Assembly (NCBI GenBank): GCA_963666305.1
Contig: OY762722.1
Span: 3,478,432 to 3,542,431 of the forward strand
Direction of reading: 5' to 3'
From: Candidatus Poribacteria bacterium
GTDB lineage: Bacteria > Poribacteria > WGA-4E > WGA-3G
Length of the DNA: 64,000 bases
The number at the start of each line of letters is the position of its first letter. The stretch's first letter is position 1. The position numbers and the translations under genes are program-made. The notes beneath the pieces were generated by a model that searched no databases, was not told where the DNA came from, and saw only the letters and a list, made by a program, of their open reading frames with translations. Of the stretch, positions 20,647 through 30,967 are shown one piece after another.

Positions 20647-20771
20647 ATTTTTCATAAAGTGGAATCAAGATTAGGAAATTGATGCTATTGACGATGTTTA
20701 AAGTAGAAACGAACGACGTAATTGCGAGCTCGTATGGTTGGAGGTGAGCAGAATCAATGTGAAATTGAGTC

Positions 20772-22028
20772 TTATTCGGTTCGCAATGCCTCGATTGGAG
20801 AGATATGTGATGCCCTCATTGCAGGGTAAAGCCCAAACAGAATACCGATACAAACGGAGATACTAACGGAGACTGTCATCCAGTGCAGGGAGATTACGAC
20901 TGGCCAGTGCGGAATTACCTTAACGACTTTGACAGCAATATATGAACAAAGATAACCTGTGCCGATACCGAGAAAAATCCCTAACAAACCACCGACACCA
21001 CACATCACAACCGCTTCAATCAAAAACTGAAAGAAAATGTCTTTTCGTTTTGCGCCGATGGCGCGGCGTATTCCGATTTCCCGTGTGCGTTGGTTCACTG
21101 AAACCAACATCATATTCATAATCCCGACGCTTCCCACAAATAGCGAAAAGCCTGCGATACTGCTGAGCATGATTGTGAGAATCCGACTGATATTATCGAG
21201 TTCCTTTACAGCGGTGGTATGGAAACTAATATCGAAAAAATTGTCTTGATTCCGATGCCGTTTTCTTAAAACGGACTTGACTTCCTCAGCGGCTTTTTCA
21301 ATGGTATCGGCATTCATCGCTCTGACGCTGAGATAATTGACATGATGTTTTCCTTTAAACCTATCTTGTGCGGTTGTCAAGGGAATGAACACAATATCGT
21401 CCCAACTGAATCCGTATTGCAGGCTCGTTCCACGTTCAGCCATAACGCCTAAGATGCGGAAACGGTCGGGTCTTCCCCCTTGCAGTGAAAGTTTGATTTC
21501 TTTGCCAATCGGATTCTGTTTTCCAAACAGTTCTGTTGCGACCTCTAAGCCGAGAATACAGACTTTCCTACGGTTATTGAACTCATCTTCGGAGAAGAAT
21601 CGTCCCTGCTGAACCCACCACTTCTTCCCAGTCGGGAAATAAGAATTGACCGCATCATATTCCGTCCATTTCGTTGCACCACCTTCAGCCTGGGCGAGCA
21701 CTTCACCAGAAATTATCGGGATTACAGATTCAACAGTTGGACATTCGGCTTCGATCGCCAAAACGTCTTCATATTTCAGGTGTTCACCGCTGCGATTTGG
21801 TATTACGCGATCTCCGATCCAAATCCACGGATTCCGTCGGATAGTAAAATGGCTGCCATACTTTTCAAACTCTTGGGTAACAATGCTTTTCGCACCGTCA
21901 CCGACGGCGAGCATTGCGAGCACAGCGGCAACGCCAATGATGATACCGAGCATTGTCAGTGCCGAACGCATTTTTTCTTCCAGAATGGCAGTGAGTCCTG
22001 TTGAAATGCCTTCGTAAAATTTCATTGG
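20772..22028 (-). CDS. FtsX/MacB-like ABC transporter permease (periplasmic domain plus 4 TM)
   Basis: MKFYEGISTGLTAILEEKMRSALTMLGIIIGVAAV is followed by a large periplasmic domain. The C-terminal FtsX motifs are MLVSVNQRTREIGIRRAIGAKRKDIFFQFLIEAVVM. No adjacent ATPase gene is present. Confidence 0.7.
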   Translation of the reverse strand, partial: PMKFYEGISTGLTAILEEKMRSALTMLGIIIGVAAVLAMLAVGDGAKSIVTQEFEKYGSHFTIRRNPWIWIGDRVIPNRSGEHLKYEDVLAIEAECPTVESVIPIISGEVLAQAEGGATKWTEYDAVNSYFPTGKKWWVQQGRFFSEDEFNNRRKVCILGLEVATELFGKQNPIGKEIKLSLQGGRPDRFRILGVMAERGTSLQYGFSWDDIVFIPLTTAQDRFKGKHHVNYLSVRAMNADTIEKAAEEVKSVLRKRHRNQDNFFDISFHTTAVKELDNISRILTIMLSSIAGFSLFVGSVGIMNMMLVSVNQRTREIGIRRAIGAKRKDIFFQFLIEAVVMCGVGGLLGIFLGIGTGYLCSYIAVKVVKVIPHWPVVISLHWMTVSVSISVCIGILFGLYPAMRASHISPIEALRTE

Positions 22029-22166
22029 GCTACCCTCCGTTACAATGCGTGTTGAAGTTATAGTAAAGCCCGAAAATAAGTGGGCACCCTCTAAAACACA
22101 AAACACCTCACCGCCGCTGGCGAGGTTTGATGAAGTTTAAGTATTTAATTCGGTAATATTTATCTT

Positions 22167-22433
22167 CCCCAGGCCCGGTAGGTGCGGTTTCCTAACCGCA
22201 CCGGGTATGGTTGTAGAATTACCGAAATATTTTATTAAAACGCATTAACCTCGCCCTGCCGTTGAAGTTTATTTAATTATAGGCTTTACGATAAGATACT
22301 GTGGATGGCTATATGCAAGGTGTTCCCGTATAAGTGAGTCTTCAAACCATAAGTGTCATTTATGGTAGACTTTAGAATTAATTAGATATTCAGCACCGGT
22401 GCGGTTAGAAACCGCATCTACCGGGCCCGGGGG
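22167..22433. mobile_element. MITE-like element (~267 bp) with ~40-nt imperfect terminal inverted repeats, each containing a 9-bp-stem hairpin
   Basis: The left end is CCCCAGGCCCGGTAGGTGCGGTTTCCTAACCGCACCGGG. The reverse complement of the right end is CCCCCGGGCCCGGTAGATGCGGTTTCTAACCGCACCGG. The core is AT-rich and non-coding. A solo copy lies at 53591..53627. Confidence 0.55.
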
Positions 22434-22543
22434 AAAATGTCTGTTTATTTTTCAGGTTTACCATAGTATGTAGATAGCTCCCAGAAACCGTGTGAGCACT
22501 CAATCGCCTCTTCAGCCCCGTAGGGGCGGTATCTGTGTAGCCT

Positions 22544-24370
22544 TCAAACGTACCATTGTGCTTGTGCTCTGAAGAACTGGGCATAAAGCCGATCTTTTGC
22601 AAGTAGCGTCTCGTGGTCTCCGTCTTCGACGATTCTGCCCTTATCAAGGACGAGGATCCGGTCACAGGTTCGGACAGAAGAGAGACGGTGTGAAATTAGC
22701 ACGGATGTGCGCCCGGCACTCCGTTCAATGAATCGTTCGTAAACTGCCTGTTCAGCGAGCGGATCGAGCGCGGCAGTCGGTTCATCAAGCACGACCAGCC
22801 ATGGGGTCTCTCGCATGAAACTCCGGGCTGTTGCGAGTCGTTGCCATTCACCACCGGAGAGATCGCGTCCGCCGAAGGTGGGACCGAGGATTGTTTCATA
22901 ACCGTCTGTGAGTCCGTCAACAACCGAAGCTGCACCACCAGCGATAGATGCCGTTTCCATACGTTCCGGATGTTCAAGGTCACCGAAGATAACGTTATCA
23001 CGTGCGGTAAGGTGGTACTGCGTAAAGTCTTGGAAGACCGCACTACAATGCATCAACCACGCTCGACGGTTTTCATCTGTGAGTGGCATATCTCCTATGT
23101 GGACTATTCCCGTCTGTGGGCGGTAGAGTCCTAAGAGTAAACGCGCCAGAGTGGTTTTCCCCGCGCCATTGGGTCCAACGATTGCGACCCGTTCCCCTTT
23201 TCTCAACGTCAGCGTTATGTTATTTAACGTGGGTTCTTGCGTATTTGGGTAGAAAAACGATATATTTTCTATCGCAATGTTTTGAATTGAATTGTTTTCA
23301 TCTAATTCATCTGTTTTCCGAGAGTGTTTCTCTACTGCAGCTGCATCGCGCCCTAAAAATTGATACAAATCGCCGGACAAACGGTGCATCTGACTCCCTA
23401 TCAACTGAAAATATCCCGCCACTTCATTCCAGATACCGTCCAGTTGGACGAGTGCAGCGGCAGCGGCGATATAGGTGCCGACGGTGAGTCCACCCTGAAA
23501 GATCTCAAGCAATAATAAAATGAGTGAGCCGGCGTATAATAATCCACGGACGATGTCAATCGCAAGATGTGCAAAGAATTTACGGCGTTCAATCCTTTGT
23601 TGTCCGTGTATGAGGGTCTGCGATAACTGTTTCCAGCGGTTTATCCATAAGTCTTGAGTTTGGTATAATCGAACCTCTTTGCCGGTGCCACGATCGGTGA
23701 GGATCCCTTCTAATGCATCTTTCTCCCGACGTTGCGAGGTCTGCTCGACATCAAAGTTGTAACTATCCACAGCGAAACGCGAATCGCTCCACCAAGAGAT
23801 CATACCCGTGAAGGCGGGCAGCAAAACCAATAATGGATGATAACGCCATAACACGATGCCCAGCGTTACAACGCTGATGAATTGTTGGAGGCTATCAATA
23901 AGCCACCAGAGGATATTCTCAAGGTCTAACCCGGAAACCGAACGCGCTCGCTCAAGGGCATTTTGAAATTCAGAGGTCTGGAATTCGATAAGTTCTGTGG
24001 TGTCAGCTTTTTCAAGGATGCGCGCATTCAGCCAGATTTCAATGTTTTCTCTGACACGGATATGGAGCGGTTGGCTTAACTGATTGGCAAGGGTGATAAA
24101 AATGCGTAAGCCAAGCAGCCCTATCAACCACGGAACGACTTGCCGCCACCAGTTCGTATCACCGACAGCATCAGTGATGGCATTGACGAGGTGTTCGGTT
24201 ACAAAGAACTCACCAGCGGGGACAATACCGAGCGATAGTGTGAGTAATATCATCCCCAAAAGCGCGAGTGAACCGCTTTGCCAAACCACTCCAAAAGTTC
24301 GGAAGTAGGCGAATAGACTTTCCTTCGCAGCTGAGCTCCATGTTTTCCATTTTCCTTTAGTGTTTGACAT
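22544..24370 (-). CDS. ABC exporter, fused TMD-NBD half-transporter (subunit 1 of a probable heterodimer)
   Basis: Six TM-like segments precede Walker A GPNGAGKTT, the signature LSGGEWQRLATAR, and Walker B VVLDEPTAALD. The C-terminal LYAQFFRAQAQWYV resembles that of the neighbouring gene. Confidence 0.8.
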   Translation of the reverse strand: MSNTKGKWKTWSSAAKESLFAYFRTFGVVWQSGSLALLGMILLTLSLGIVPAGEFFVTEHLVNAITDAVGDTNWWRQVVPWLIGLLGLRIFITLANQLSQPLHIRVRENIEIWLNARILEKADTTELIEFQTSEFQNALERARSVSGLDLENILWWLIDSLQQFISVVTLGIVLWRYHPLLVLLPAFTGMISWWSDSRFAVDSYNFDVEQTSQRREKDALEGILTDRGTGKEVRLYQTQDLWINRWKQLSQTLIHGQQRIERRKFFAHLAIDIVRGLLYAGSLILLLLEIFQGGLTVGTYIAAAAALVQLDGIWNEVAGYFQLIGSQMHRLSGDLYQFLGRDAAAVEKHSRKTDELDENNSIQNIAIENISFFYPNTQEPTLNNITLTLRKGERVAIVGPNGAGKTTLARLLLGLYRPQTGIVHIGDMPLTDENRRAWLMHCSAVFQDFTQYHLTARDNVIFGDLEHPERMETASIAGGAASVVDGLTDGYETILGPTFGGRDLSGGEWQRLATARSFMRETPWLVVLDEPTAALDPLAEQAVYERFIERSAGRTSVLISHRLSSVRTCDRILVLDKGRIVEDGDHETLLAKDRLYAQFFRAQAQWYV

Positions 24371-24385
24371 CGGAAACCTCTCTTT

Positions 24386-26227
24386 TTATTGATACCAATG
24401 TGCCTGTGCTCTGAAAAATTGGGCATAAAGCCCATTTCTGGCGATCAGTGCTTCATGTGTCCCATCTTCAATGATACGACCCGCATCCAGGACCAAAATA
24501 CGGTCGGCGAGACGCGCCGATCCGATACGGTGTGAAATCAGGAACGTCATACGTCCGGCGGCGAGTTCAACAAAACGTTGATAGAGTTCGACTTCAGCTT
24601 GCGGGTCTAAGGCAGCGGTCGGTTCGTCAAGCACAAGGACTTGCGGGTTTCGGACCAAAGCCCGGGCAACCGCGACTTTTTGCCATTCACCGCCAGATAA
24701 CTCGGCACCTTCACCCTCTTCACCGAGCGACGGGTCGAGAAACGTATCTAAACCGCGGGGAAAGGTTTGAAAACGCTCGTCAAGACCGACTTCATTGATG
24801 ACGCGCCGAAGTGTATCATCGTCAATGTGAAAGTCCGCGGGACCGGGGACCAATTCTTCTCGCACAGGTCTACGAAATCGCGCAAAATCCTGAAAAACAG
24901 CAGCACAGTTCAGCGCGATCTGTTCGGGCGCAATTGAAGCAACGTTTTTGCTATCATAGTGGATCGTCCCATCATCCGGCTGATACAAACCGAGCAGCAA
25001 TTTGATGAGTGTTGACTTGCCTGCACCGTTGGCACCGACGATGCTGACGATCTCCCCGGGGCGTACATGCAAGTTTATGTCTTGTAGCACATCATCTGCT
25101 GCTTCTGGGTATCGGAAGCGTAGATTATGAACCTCTATACCATCTTGTAGGGGTTGTGGAAATGTCTCGGTTCCTGCCTGTGTATGTGCCTTTTCTGCAC
25201 GTTCCAAGAAGGAATGCAAGTCACGCAGCATCGGCAAATCCTCAAATATGGCTTGGATCTGAGAAAGAATCGCCTCCAAATTGCCTTGAAAACTTGCTGC
25301 CGCACCGGTAAGAACGACATAATCTCCAAGCGTGAGGTTGCCATCAACAATACGGGATGCGAGTATGGCAATTGCGATAGCATAGGCAAGAATTTCGGCG
25401 ATAGTTGTGCCGATAGCACCTTTTGCCTGTGTCCAAATCTTTGCAAGCGATTCTTCCTTCCATTTCTGGTGGTTCGTTCGCCAGCGTCTGAAAAGATGAT
25501 CGAAAAGTCCATAAAGCCGGACTTCCTGTCCAGAAGAAGTACCGAGCAATAAACCGAGCATGTAAGCCATCATACGGCGGACGGGGGTCGCATCGTAGTC
25601 ATGAATGTACCCACTCTCGGCTGTTTTAACTTTGAGCCAAGCGGAAGGGATTGCGGGTAAGACGACGACAAGCACGAGCAGCGGGTCAGCGATCCAGAGG
25701 AGCACTCCGTAACCAACGAGCGTTATGCAGAGTTGTCCGATCTCTGTTAGAAAGCGCAAGAGGTTGGTTAACCGGTGTCCGAGAGCCTGTCGTGCCCGTT
25801 GTATCAAATCGTAAGTCTGCGGCTGATCAAAAACGGCAAAATCGATATGCGTTGCGGCTTCAATCAAGGCATGCTGTTGATGGAGCTCAATGCGGTTCTG
25901 CATTTTCCATCGCAAGTAACTGTCCCAAGTGCCAGCAAGGTTTCTGAGAATCGCCAAAAGCACAAGAGCGATCACCCAAGGTGCTGCGGTCTGTAGACTC
26001 GGCTCTGTTTCGTTTGCGAGAATAGCAGCGATGAGATTCACCAATCCTCGACTCGCCCAGAGGACACCTATAGGGATACACCCGTGGACGAGTGTAAGGA
26101 GTGCCTGTGCGATGGCACCGAACGGACTGGCGTGCCACGCGACGAGACAAAAACGACGTAGCGTTTTGATCGCCGACGGACGCGATTCGGATTCTGTGTT
26201 GGGGATTTGAGAATTATTGGAAACCAT
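24386..26227 (-). CDS. ABC exporter, fused TMD-NBD half-transporter (subunit 2)
   Basis: Walker A is GANGAGKST, the signature is LSGGEWQKVAVAR, and Walker B is LVLDEPTAALD. It is tandem with 22544..24370. Confidence 0.8.
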   Translation of the reverse strand: MVSNNSQIPNTESESRPSAIKTLRRFCLVAWHASPFGAIAQALLTLVHGCIPIGVLWASRGLVNLIAAILANETEPSLQTAAPWVIALVLLAILRNLAGTWDSYLRWKMQNRIELHQQHALIEAATHIDFAVFDQPQTYDLIQRARQALGHRLTNLLRFLTEIGQLCITLVGYGVLLWIADPLLVLVVVLPAIPSAWLKVKTAESGYIHDYDATPVRRMMAYMLGLLLGTSSGQEVRLYGLFDHLFRRWRTNHQKWKEESLAKIWTQAKGAIGTTIAEILAYAIAIAILASRIVDGNLTLGDYVVLTGAAASFQGNLEAILSQIQAIFEDLPMLRDLHSFLERAEKAHTQAGTETFPQPLQDGIEVHNLRFRYPEAADDVLQDINLHVRPGEIVSIVGANGAGKSTLIKLLLGLYQPDDGTIHYDSKNVASIAPEQIALNCAAVFQDFARFRRPVREELVPGPADFHIDDDTLRRVINEVGLDERFQTFPRGLDTFLDPSLGEEGEGAELSGGEWQKVAVARALVRNPQVLVLDEPTAALDPQAEVELYQRFVELAAGRMTFLISHRIGSARLADRILVLDAGRIIEDGTHEALIARNGLYAQFFRAQAHWYQ

Positions 26228-26377
26228 TTATGTGTTTATCTCACTATTTAAAACTCACAACTGCAACAGAGGGAGATTAATTTGGAAATTGGATTACTTA
26301 CGACGTAGCAGAATCAACAGGTGTTCAGACTCGCTAAGCAATATCCTCTAAACTCGACTAAAGTTGGCAATATCCAT

Positions 26378-29209
26378 CTACTCCTGGATCGAGATGTGGA
26401 ACATGCCATGGTCGTGCGTACCGACGTAGAGTCGATTGTTACTGATAGCGAGAGACATAATAAAACTCCTGGGAACCTCTGCGGAAAGCAGTGCCCAGTC
26501 TTCGTAAGCATCTAAGCGGTAGGCACCGCCATCACCGACACCGTAGATTGTAGTGCCGTCTATAGCGAGTTTCTCTATGACAGTGGGCATCTGTTTTTTA
26601 TCAGTGATGGTCTGCCAGTGTTCTCCAGTTTTTGAGATCAAGACACCTTTATCGGTCGCGATGCAAACAGTTGACCCTAAGAAGATAATGTCTTTGAAAT
26701 GGGTAAAACGGATTGGCAGTATTGACGTGATGTCTTTCCAACTCTCTCCGCTGTCAAGGGATTGAAACAATTTTCCGTTGGTTTTACCTGCATAGACGGT
26801 ATCGCCAGAAGCCATCAAGGTAGATGTGAAACCGATATCGACAAGTCCTGTGTCCGTCCATTGCGGATCACCGGGTTTCCACTTGAAAAGACGCTCCTTG
26901 TATCCAGCGAAAAAAGTCTCACGACTGACAGCGAAGGATTCAATTCTCACGTGTCTTTTTCTCAGTAGATACAACATATATGCTGAGGTATCGCCATCGT
27001 CTGGTGCGGTCTCGGCTTCAAAACTCGGGACACCGTGGACGGGAATGAGTTCATCGCCCGTAGGGGATGTGCGGAAAATACGCGGTTTGTTCTCCTCAAT
27101 TGAAATGGCATAGAATTGATTATCGGCAATCGTTAGTTTGATGTGATCATAGAAATCGCCATCCAATTTGGGGGACTGCTCGTGGGTATTGAAACGAACA
27201 CTTTCCCAAGTTTCGCCGCCATCTGTTGACTGGACGAGGTCGCCCCCGATATGCATATAGAATCTGTGAGTGAGGGTGATCAGGTCGTAAGTTGCGGGAC
27301 CTGTCATCCCGTTCACAAATGGATGCCAGGTCTCACCGGCATCGGTTGTGCGGCTGATCCCGAATATGTCAACTTTGTAAAATGTATTCTCATCGGCAGC
27401 GACGGCTGGGAATCTCGACACGCCAAATGCGTTGAGGTTATCTCTAAGCGATGTCCAAGTTTTCCCCGCATCCGTGGATCGAAATTCGGAGATTCCGAGG
27501 ATTAGGAGCGTTTTCCCTGCCGCCAAGACCTGTATTGCGGCATCAAGGTTCATAACCTCGGGTTTATTTGTTGGTGTTATTTCAGTCCATGAGGTGCCGG
27601 CATCTGCGGAGTGGAAGACTCTCTTAGGCACGTAGCCGCCCAAAGAGCCTCCTTGACCGATTTTCGCGGATGCGAAATCGCGTGTTATTCCGACATAGAG
27701 GTTGTTCTCGTCGACAGTCAGGGTGTAAACAGCGTCCGATGCCTCTGTGAGTGCTTGCTTCCATTTGCTTGAATCGAGGCGATAGAGACCTTGGTTGGTG
27801 CCAGCGAATAAGGTGTTTCCGACGGCGGCGAGGGTATAAATCCATTTCTCTGTCAATCCGGTGTTGAGGGGCATCCAATGCTTACCGGTATCGGTAGATC
27901 GGAAGATGCCTTTCTCTTGAAGGGCGAGGGACAGGATGAGAGCTTCTTTCTCGGGTGCCTCGGTGACGATGAGTCCATTTGCGATGCCCTTTGGACGGGA
28001 GCCAAGGGCGTTCCATGTCTCACCCCCGTTTTCTGAAGCCAACACTTCATCAGCGGAGACGGTATAGAGGGTGCCTTGGTGCTCGGTGATAGGGATTCGG
28101 TACTGTCCAATAGGGATGTCAGCGTTAAGAAGCACCCATGTCGCGTCGGGTGTCAATTTATAGAGCCCTGTTTTTGCGGCAGCGTAGAGGGTTGCGTCAG
28201 CGGCTTCAAAGATATTGAAGACAATACTGCCTGTGGGGCCGATTGCCTGTGTCCATTGTGAATCCTCACCCGTGTCGGTGTCGTCCGATGCGTTTGCGGT
28301 GAAGTGAGGCTCGGAGGTTTGCATACCGGCACCGCTGTTTTTACCGGGCGCGATCGTTCTACCGATCTGGTTCCGCACTGCGGGTTTGGCGAGAATCTCA
28401 AGGTAGATGGGTTCATCAACGATTTCAATGGTAGGCTCAGCGTCGGCATCGAAACTGTATGGCACCTGAAACCGGAGGAGATATTGACCCCCGATGCCGA
28501 AGAGGATCGCCAAGACGGCTACGGCACCGAGCGTTGCCAAAGGGAGTAAGGGTTTCTTAGACGGCGGTGGCGCGGTTGGGCTCAGTTCGGCAATATGTCG
28601 CATAACATTCTCAGTGAGACTGTCGGGGAATTGGAAACTGCCAAGATTCTGCTGAATTACCTCTTCCTCTTTCCGTAGACGGTTGCGTGCGCGGCTCAAA
28701 CGACTCTTAACGGTATTCGGGGAGACACCGAGAAACTCACTGATGGCTTTGATTGTCATCTCGCCCAGGTAATGGAGCGTCATCACTGTGCGTTCACTTT
28801 CCGGCAGTTTTTGGAGCAGTTGCTTGACGATTTCACGGCGCGTGTCATCGGCTTCAGATTTCTGTTGGTCTGTTACATACTGAGAATATGATGCCTTATC
28901 CACCTCACTTGAATCGGCAGTATCGAGGGATTCCATAGATATGCGGTTCTTTCGGAGCCAATCGAGGCACAAGTGTGCTACGATCACATAAAGCCATCCT
29001 GCAAACGCGTTCGGGTTCTTTAAGGTCCCCAGTTTTTGATACGCCCTGAGAAAAGCGTCCTGCGTGATTTCTTGGGCGATGTGAAAATCGCCGATCTTCC
29101 GCCACGCAAGCGCGTGAATCCCTTTCTGATATTTTTTCACCAAAGGACTGAATGCGTCCTCGTCCCCTTGTAATACTCGTTGAATGAGTTGAGCATCGCT
29201 CTGTTGCAT
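26378..29209 (-). CDS. Fused ECF sigma factor - TM - Asp-box beta-propeller protein, paralog 2 (943 aa)
   Basis: The N-terminal region (MQQSDAQLIQRVLQGDEDAFSPLVKKYQKGIHALAWRKIGDFHIAQEITQDAFLRAYQKL) is near-identical to the other paralogs. The HTH is TVMTLHYLGEMTIKAISEFLGVSPNTVKSRLSRARNRL. One TM helix is present. The Asp-boxes are SENGGETW, STDTGKHW, SADAGTSW, STDAGKTW, TTDAGETW, STDGGETW, SLDSGESW. Confidence 0.8.
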   Translation of the reverse strand: MQQSDAQLIQRVLQGDEDAFSPLVKKYQKGIHALAWRKIGDFHIAQEITQDAFLRAYQKLGTLKNPNAFAGWLYVIVAHLCLDWLRKNRISMESLDTADSSEVDKASYSQYVTDQQKSEADDTRREIVKQLLQKLPESERTVMTLHYLGEMTIKAISEFLGVSPNTVKSRLSRARNRLRKEEEVIQQNLGSFQFPDSLTENVMRHIAELSPTAPPPSKKPLLPLATLGAVAVLAILFGIGGQYLLRFQVPYSFDADAEPTIEIVDEPIYLEILAKPAVRNQIGRTIAPGKNSGAGMQTSEPHFTANASDDTDTGEDSQWTQAIGPTGSIVFNIFEAADATLYAAAKTGLYKLTPDATWVLLNADIPIGQYRIPITEHQGTLYTVSADEVLASENGGETWNALGSRPKGIANGLIVTEAPEKEALILSLALQEKGIFRSTDTGKHWMPLNTGLTEKWIYTLAAVGNTLFAGTNQGLYRLDSSKWKQALTEASDAVYTLTVDENNLYVGITRDFASAKIGQGGSLGGYVPKRVFHSADAGTSWTEITPTNKPEVMNLDAAIQVLAAGKTLLILGISEFRSTDAGKTWTSLRDNLNAFGVSRFPAVAADENTFYKVDIFGISRTTDAGETWHPFVNGMTGPATYDLITLTHRFYMHIGGDLVQSTDGGETWESVRFNTHEQSPKLDGDFYDHIKLTIADNQFYAISIEENKPRIFRTSPTGDELIPVHGVPSFEAETAPDDGDTSAYMLYLLRKRHVRIESFAVSRETFFAGYKERLFKWKPGDPQWTDTGLVDIGFTSTLMASGDTVYAGKTNGKLFQSLDSGESWKDITSILPIRFTHFKDIIFLGSTVCIATDKGVLISKTGEHWQTITDKKQMPTVIEKLAIDGTTIYGVGDGGAYRLDAYEDWALLSAEVPRSFIMSLAISNNRLYVGTHDHGMFHISIQE

Positions 29210-29248
29210 TGCACGCCGCCTCCCGAATTATTACGTCTATTGATTGAA

Positions 29249-29280
29249 GTGACGTAACTTGGGTATGGAAAGGTTGCATT
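29249..29280 (-). promoter_or_regulatory. ECF-type promoter copy 40 nt upstream of fused sigma paralog 2
   Basis: In gene orientation: AATAATGCAACCTTT-CCATACCCAAGTTA-CGTCAC. Confidence 0.6.
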
Positions 29281-29369
29281 ATTCTCGAAAAAAGTGAAAA
29301 ATGGTAACACAAACTAAAGTTTATGCTACACGCATATTGAAAAGTATTCAATTAGAAATGATATGAGAA

Positions 29370-30764
29370 TTATTCAGGCTGCTTTGCCAGATTCTCCTGC
29401 ACCAGTTCCGTGACAGCTTCCTCAAGGGCACGCCCGCGGAGTTCAACCTTGCGAACAATTCCTTCTCCGTCAATAAGGAAAGTAGCTGGAATCCCTGTGA
29501 CATTATACATTTTGGTAACAACACCGCTATCCAAAAACTGGGTCCAGGTAATATTCTGTTCTTCGATATATGAATCAAGTGCTACCTGCGTTTGGTCTAA
29601 GCTGATACCGATAATCTCAAATTTCTGATCTTTGTATTTATCGTAGACCTGTTTGAGATGCGGTATTTCCGCCAGACACGGAATACACCATGTCGCCCAG
29701 AAGTCAAGTAGCACAACCTGTCCACGGTATTTCTTCAGCGAGAGTTCTTGACCCTTCAAGTCTATTACCTCAAAATCCGGTGCGGGTTTGCCGATTTTCT
29801 CGCGATGGGAAACCTTGGGAACAACTGAAGCACCTTTCTGTTCACTCTTCTTGTCGTTCTTCTTGTCCGCTGAATTTAGACTGAATGGAATCTTTGCGTC
29901 AGCCTTTCCGTCACGTTCGTACATTTTGGCAACCAATTTCAGTTGCTCCAAACTATCTGCCGATTCCTTAATTTCTTTAGCATACTTTTCGGGATCTATG
30001 TCCGTGAGCATCTGTTTTATCATTTCCAGAAAGCGGGTAATATCTGAGACCGTCGCTGCCCTTTCACTACCCATACGAAAGAAAAGTTCTATCCACTCTT
30101 CTGTGAGCGGATGCCCCTGATAGAACTTTGCGGCATAAGTTTCCAATTCCTGGCGTGCCGCCTCCGGATCGGTGGAGACCAGCTTATAAAATTTCTCCAT
30201 CTGCTTCTCCATTTGAGACGATTCTGACTCAGTTTGAGAAGCGTGATTCTGCGCGTCGGGAGTAACTTCTTCAGATCCCGACGATTTACCACCAACGGCT
30301 TCGGCGATCTCAGCAAGTTCTGTATAGTATTTGAGGGTATCTCGGTGGAATTGTATCTGCTTCGCATACTTTTTTGGGTCCATATCAGTGAGCATTTCAA
30401 GACCAAGTTCATATAAGTGTTTGAGATCCGAAATGAGTTTCCAGGGAGGCTCGGTTTCACTCTGTTCAGTTTCTTTTAGACTAATTTGGTAGAAGACTTG
30501 GTAGAAGAGTTCGACCCACTCCTCGGTTCGCGGATGTTCGTTGAATAATTCTTTAGCAACGCTCTGGAGTTCGACGCGCGCTGCTTCAGGGTCTGTCTTG
30601 AGAACTTGATAAAATGTTTCAAGTTCCGCATCCCAAGAGGCATCGCCTACATAGCGAGTGTGTGATTCAGATGTCGCTTTAGTTTCATCATGCCCGAAAG
30701 CAAGGTAACCGATACCAAACAGGAACAAGCAGACGAGGAATAGATTAATCATTAGAAAACGCAT
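29370..30764 (-). CDS. Secreted TlpA/ResA-like thiol:disulfide oxidoreductase with a duplicated N-terminal helical domain
   Basis: The C-terminal thioredoxin fold carries WCIPC (VVLLDFWATWCIPCLAEIPHL). The signal peptide is MRFLMINLFLVCLFLFGIGYLAF. The likely start is the ATG at 30764, preceded by AAGGAGAG. There is an internal ~110-aa tandem duplication (TDPEAARxEL...HPxTEEWxELF...MLTDxDPxKYAKxI). Confidence 0.75.
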   Translation of the reverse strand: MRFLMINLFLVCLFLFGIGYLAFGHDETKATSESHTRYVGDASWDAELETFYQVLKTDPEAARVELQSVAKELFNEHPRTEEWVELFYQVFYQISLKETEQSETEPPWKLISDLKHLYELGLEMLTDMDPKKYAKQIQFHRDTLKYYTELAEIAEAVGGKSSGSEEVTPDAQNHASQTESESSQMEKQMEKFYKLVSTDPEAARQELETYAAKFYQGHPLTEEWIELFFRMGSERAATVSDITRFLEMIKQMLTDIDPEKYAKEIKESADSLEQLKLVAKMYERDGKADAKIPFSLNSADKKNDKKSEQKGASVVPKVSHREKIGKPAPDFEVIDLKGQELSLKKYRGQVVLLDFWATWCIPCLAEIPHLKQVYDKYKDQKFEIIGISLDQTQVALDSYIEEQNITWTQFLDSGVVTKMYNVTGIPATFLIDGEGIVRKVELRGRALEEAVTELVQENLAKQPE

Positions 30765-30830
30765 TTTTACTCTCCTTGTATAAATAGGCTTACGTTGAAT
30801 TTGCAAGTATTATCTGTCTTGTTGATTTAA

Positions 30831-30862
30831 GTGACGCAGCTTAGATTTCAAAAGGTTGCATT
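30831..30862 (-). promoter_or_regulatory. ECF-type promoter copy upstream of the TlpA-like gene
   Basis: In gene orientation: AATAATGCAACCTTT-TGAAATCTAAGCTG-CGTCAC. Confidence 0.6.
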
Positions 30863-30967
30863 ATTTTCGGCAGAATAACAAAATCGACCTCAAATTCTCA
30901 CCTGTAGATAGGTTTAAGTTTCCGTTGCTTCCACAAACTGAAGACCGAAGACTGATAACTACTCACA

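Noticed and set aside
22508-22530. Short GC hairpin (GCCCC-GTA-GGGGC) just downstream of the ABC exporter 22544..24370
   Set aside because: It is a possible terminator, but no U-tract follows on the transcribed strand. This is too weak to call.
22405-22665. 86-aa ORF spanning the right MITE TIR and the ABC exporter 3' end
   Set aside because: It overlaps a repeat element and the end of a confident gene. It is likely spurious.
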